A stretch of 9,313 bases of DNA from Azolla caroliniana. Taxonomy: Eukaryota; Plantae; Polypodiophyta. The DNA is taken from NCBI GenBank assembly GCA_043228905.1, contig JBHGNT010001372.1:1-9313 (forward strand). The letters are read 5' to 3'. The translations under genes were made by a program, and so were the position numbers. The notes beneath the pieces were generated by a model. The model had not been told where the DNA came from. It did no database searches and saw only the letters and a program-made list of their open reading frames with translations. Of this stretch, positions 8,765 through 9,313 are shown one piece after another. Within the stretch, counting starts at the first letter, position 1, and each line of letters begins with the position of its first letter.

Positions 8765-9313
8765 TGTCGTGCCTTTCGGCTCCGGATCGTTGCGTGAGTC
8801 GGGTGGGAACCACAGAGGTCTTGGACTAGGAGAAAGAAGTTCGTGAGATAGAGATTAATTATGAGTAAATAGCAAAGAGAAAGATAAGAAACTCGTGAAT
8901 CACACGAGTATACTATATTAATTGGTACTTAGGGTGTTAAGAGAGAAGTAGATGTATAAATCGTGAATCCCACGAATAATTTTTGTATTGATTAATACAT
9001 AATCCAAATAATCAACAACCCTTTATATATTTCTCTCCTCCTTATATAAGGAAGGAAGAGCTAAGCATGGCTTCATGCTTTTTTTTTTACAAAAAGTGTT
9101 CATGTCCACTAAATGTGCATGTGATGCTTTTTTTATTTCCTAAGTATAGGGCTCATGCACGCTAGATGTGCATGAGTTATTTTTAGTGTCTCGTATTCTT
9201 TTTCATATATTAAAAAAATACACGATTTACCTTTTAATAAAGGTATGCATAAATAAAGGTCTTATATGTGTTAAATCTATATTTAAAACACTTAAGATAA
9301 TTTAATGTAATGG
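8765..9313 (-). repeat. LTR (3' end at 8765) of a related gypsy element, partial; the AT-rich distal part is less certain
   Basis: Ends ...GAAAGGCACGACA on the minus strand, complementary to the TGTCGTG LTR start at 98. Shares the CGGAGCCG motif with 1-98, is non-coding, and has TATA-like TATATAAAG near 9021-9029. Confidence 0.6.

Noticed and set aside
8891-8975. Two palindromic repeats resembling a CRISPR array
   Set aside because: There are only two ~15-bp units, no cas genes, and the context is a eukaryotic LTR.

Overview
This window is plant-type repetitive DNA with no host genes (moss-like, e.g. Physcomitrium; host identity is inference only). It is a nested stack of decayed LTR retrotransposons, all on the minus strand. 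(1) A Ty3/gypsy host element: the tail of ORF1 at 8764-8614, a candidate -1 frameshift signal at 8623-8580, an RT-RNaseH-integrase ORF2 from 8623 to ~110, a PPT, and the start of the 3' LTR at 98. It carries an internal RT/RNase H deletion at ~2090 and a 310-bp tandem duplication at 220-840. (2) A structurally complete but pseudogenised 5388-bp Ty1/copia element (2757-8144) with LTRs of 303 and 291 bp, an iMet PBS, a PPT and a 5-bp TSD, inserted in the gypsy ORF2. Removing it restores the host reading frame. (3) A further LTR end (...CACGACA, matching the host's TGTCGTG terminus) abuts ORF1 at 8765 and is followed by AT-rich, hairpin-dense LTR-like sequence. The most interesting signal is a G_GAU_UUU_UAG slippery site with a 6-nt spacer and a stem-loop, which suggests programmed -1 frameshifting between a gag-protease ORF and an RT-RH-IN ORF.
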